A DNA stretch of 63,314 bases, counting the filler, from Collodictyon triciliatum (lineage: Eukaryota): NCBI GenBank assembly GCA_043381765.1. It is 10 parts of 10 records of this genome, joined end to end, with 100 filler letters (N's around TTAATTAATTAA, not from the genome) between each part and the next. Parts side by side here need not be neighbours in the genome. Positions count along the whole stretch, not along the records: positions 62,209 to 63,314 come from JBHJMP010004308.1; 9 more parts are not named here. One strand, given 5' to 3'. The notes under the pieces were generated by a model. That model saw only the letters and a list, made by a program, of their open reading frames with translations, was not told the DNA's origin and ran no database searches. Shown in pieces: positions 62,897-63,314 of this stretch (position 1 is its first letter; each line of letters starts with the position of its first letter). The position numbers were made by a program, and so were the translations under genes.

Positions 62897-63314
62897 CTTT
62901 GATTCGTCTCTGCGTTTGGCGAGGAGCTGCTTCAATAAAGACAGAGCCTTCTTTTCTATTTCTTTTTTTTTTCGTACTGTTTTACTTGGATCTTGATTCC
63001 AAAACGAATGTGTTGCAAGTCGCTTGATTTTGTTGGTCGGTGTTGGGTGACCTCACATAACGTGTCAGTGCGTGGTTTTTGTGATTGATTTTGTCAAATT
63101 TAATTGCTTTTCTCTTCCCTTTTTTCATTTTTTATCTTTTTTATCTTTTTTATCTTTTTTTATCTTTTTTATCTTTTTTTATCTTTTTTTATCTTTTTTT
63201 ATCTTTTTTATCTTTTTTATCTTTTTTTATCTTTTTTTATCTTTTTTTATCTTTTTTATCTTTTTTTATCTTTTTTTATCTTTTTTTATCTTTTTTTATC
63301 TTTTTTTATCTTTT

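Overview
This window is from an intron-rich, AT-rich eukaryotic nuclear genome, probably a flagellated protist, using the standard genetic code. It is not one locus: ten unrelated contigs of about 1-9 kb are joined by artificial 100-nt N/TTAATTAATTAA/N linkers, and most contigs break in microsatellites. Genes reconstructed by hand from exon translations: a WDR44-like WD40 protein, PA200/PSME4 (partial), a P4-ATPase flippase (partial), an unknown coiled-coil protein, Churchill, a protoglobin-type single-domain globin, acyl-CoA oxidase (partial), a hinderin/KIAA1328-like protein, an intronless EcKL/CHK-like kinase, a multi-TM protein with two class III cyclase-like domains, a kinesin (partial) and an N-acylated adenylate-kinase-like protein (partial). 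One contig (16441-23321) holds only decayed sequence: a LINE fragment plus CTU1 and WDR27 pseudogenes that keep their introns. The strongest signals are (1) an AT-AC U12-type intron in PA200, with a second U12-like intron and a GC-AG intron in the same gene, (2) a cyclase whose two catalytic domains both look dead, and (3) the pseudogene contig. All family calls come from motif recognition, not database searches, and exon limits are approximate.
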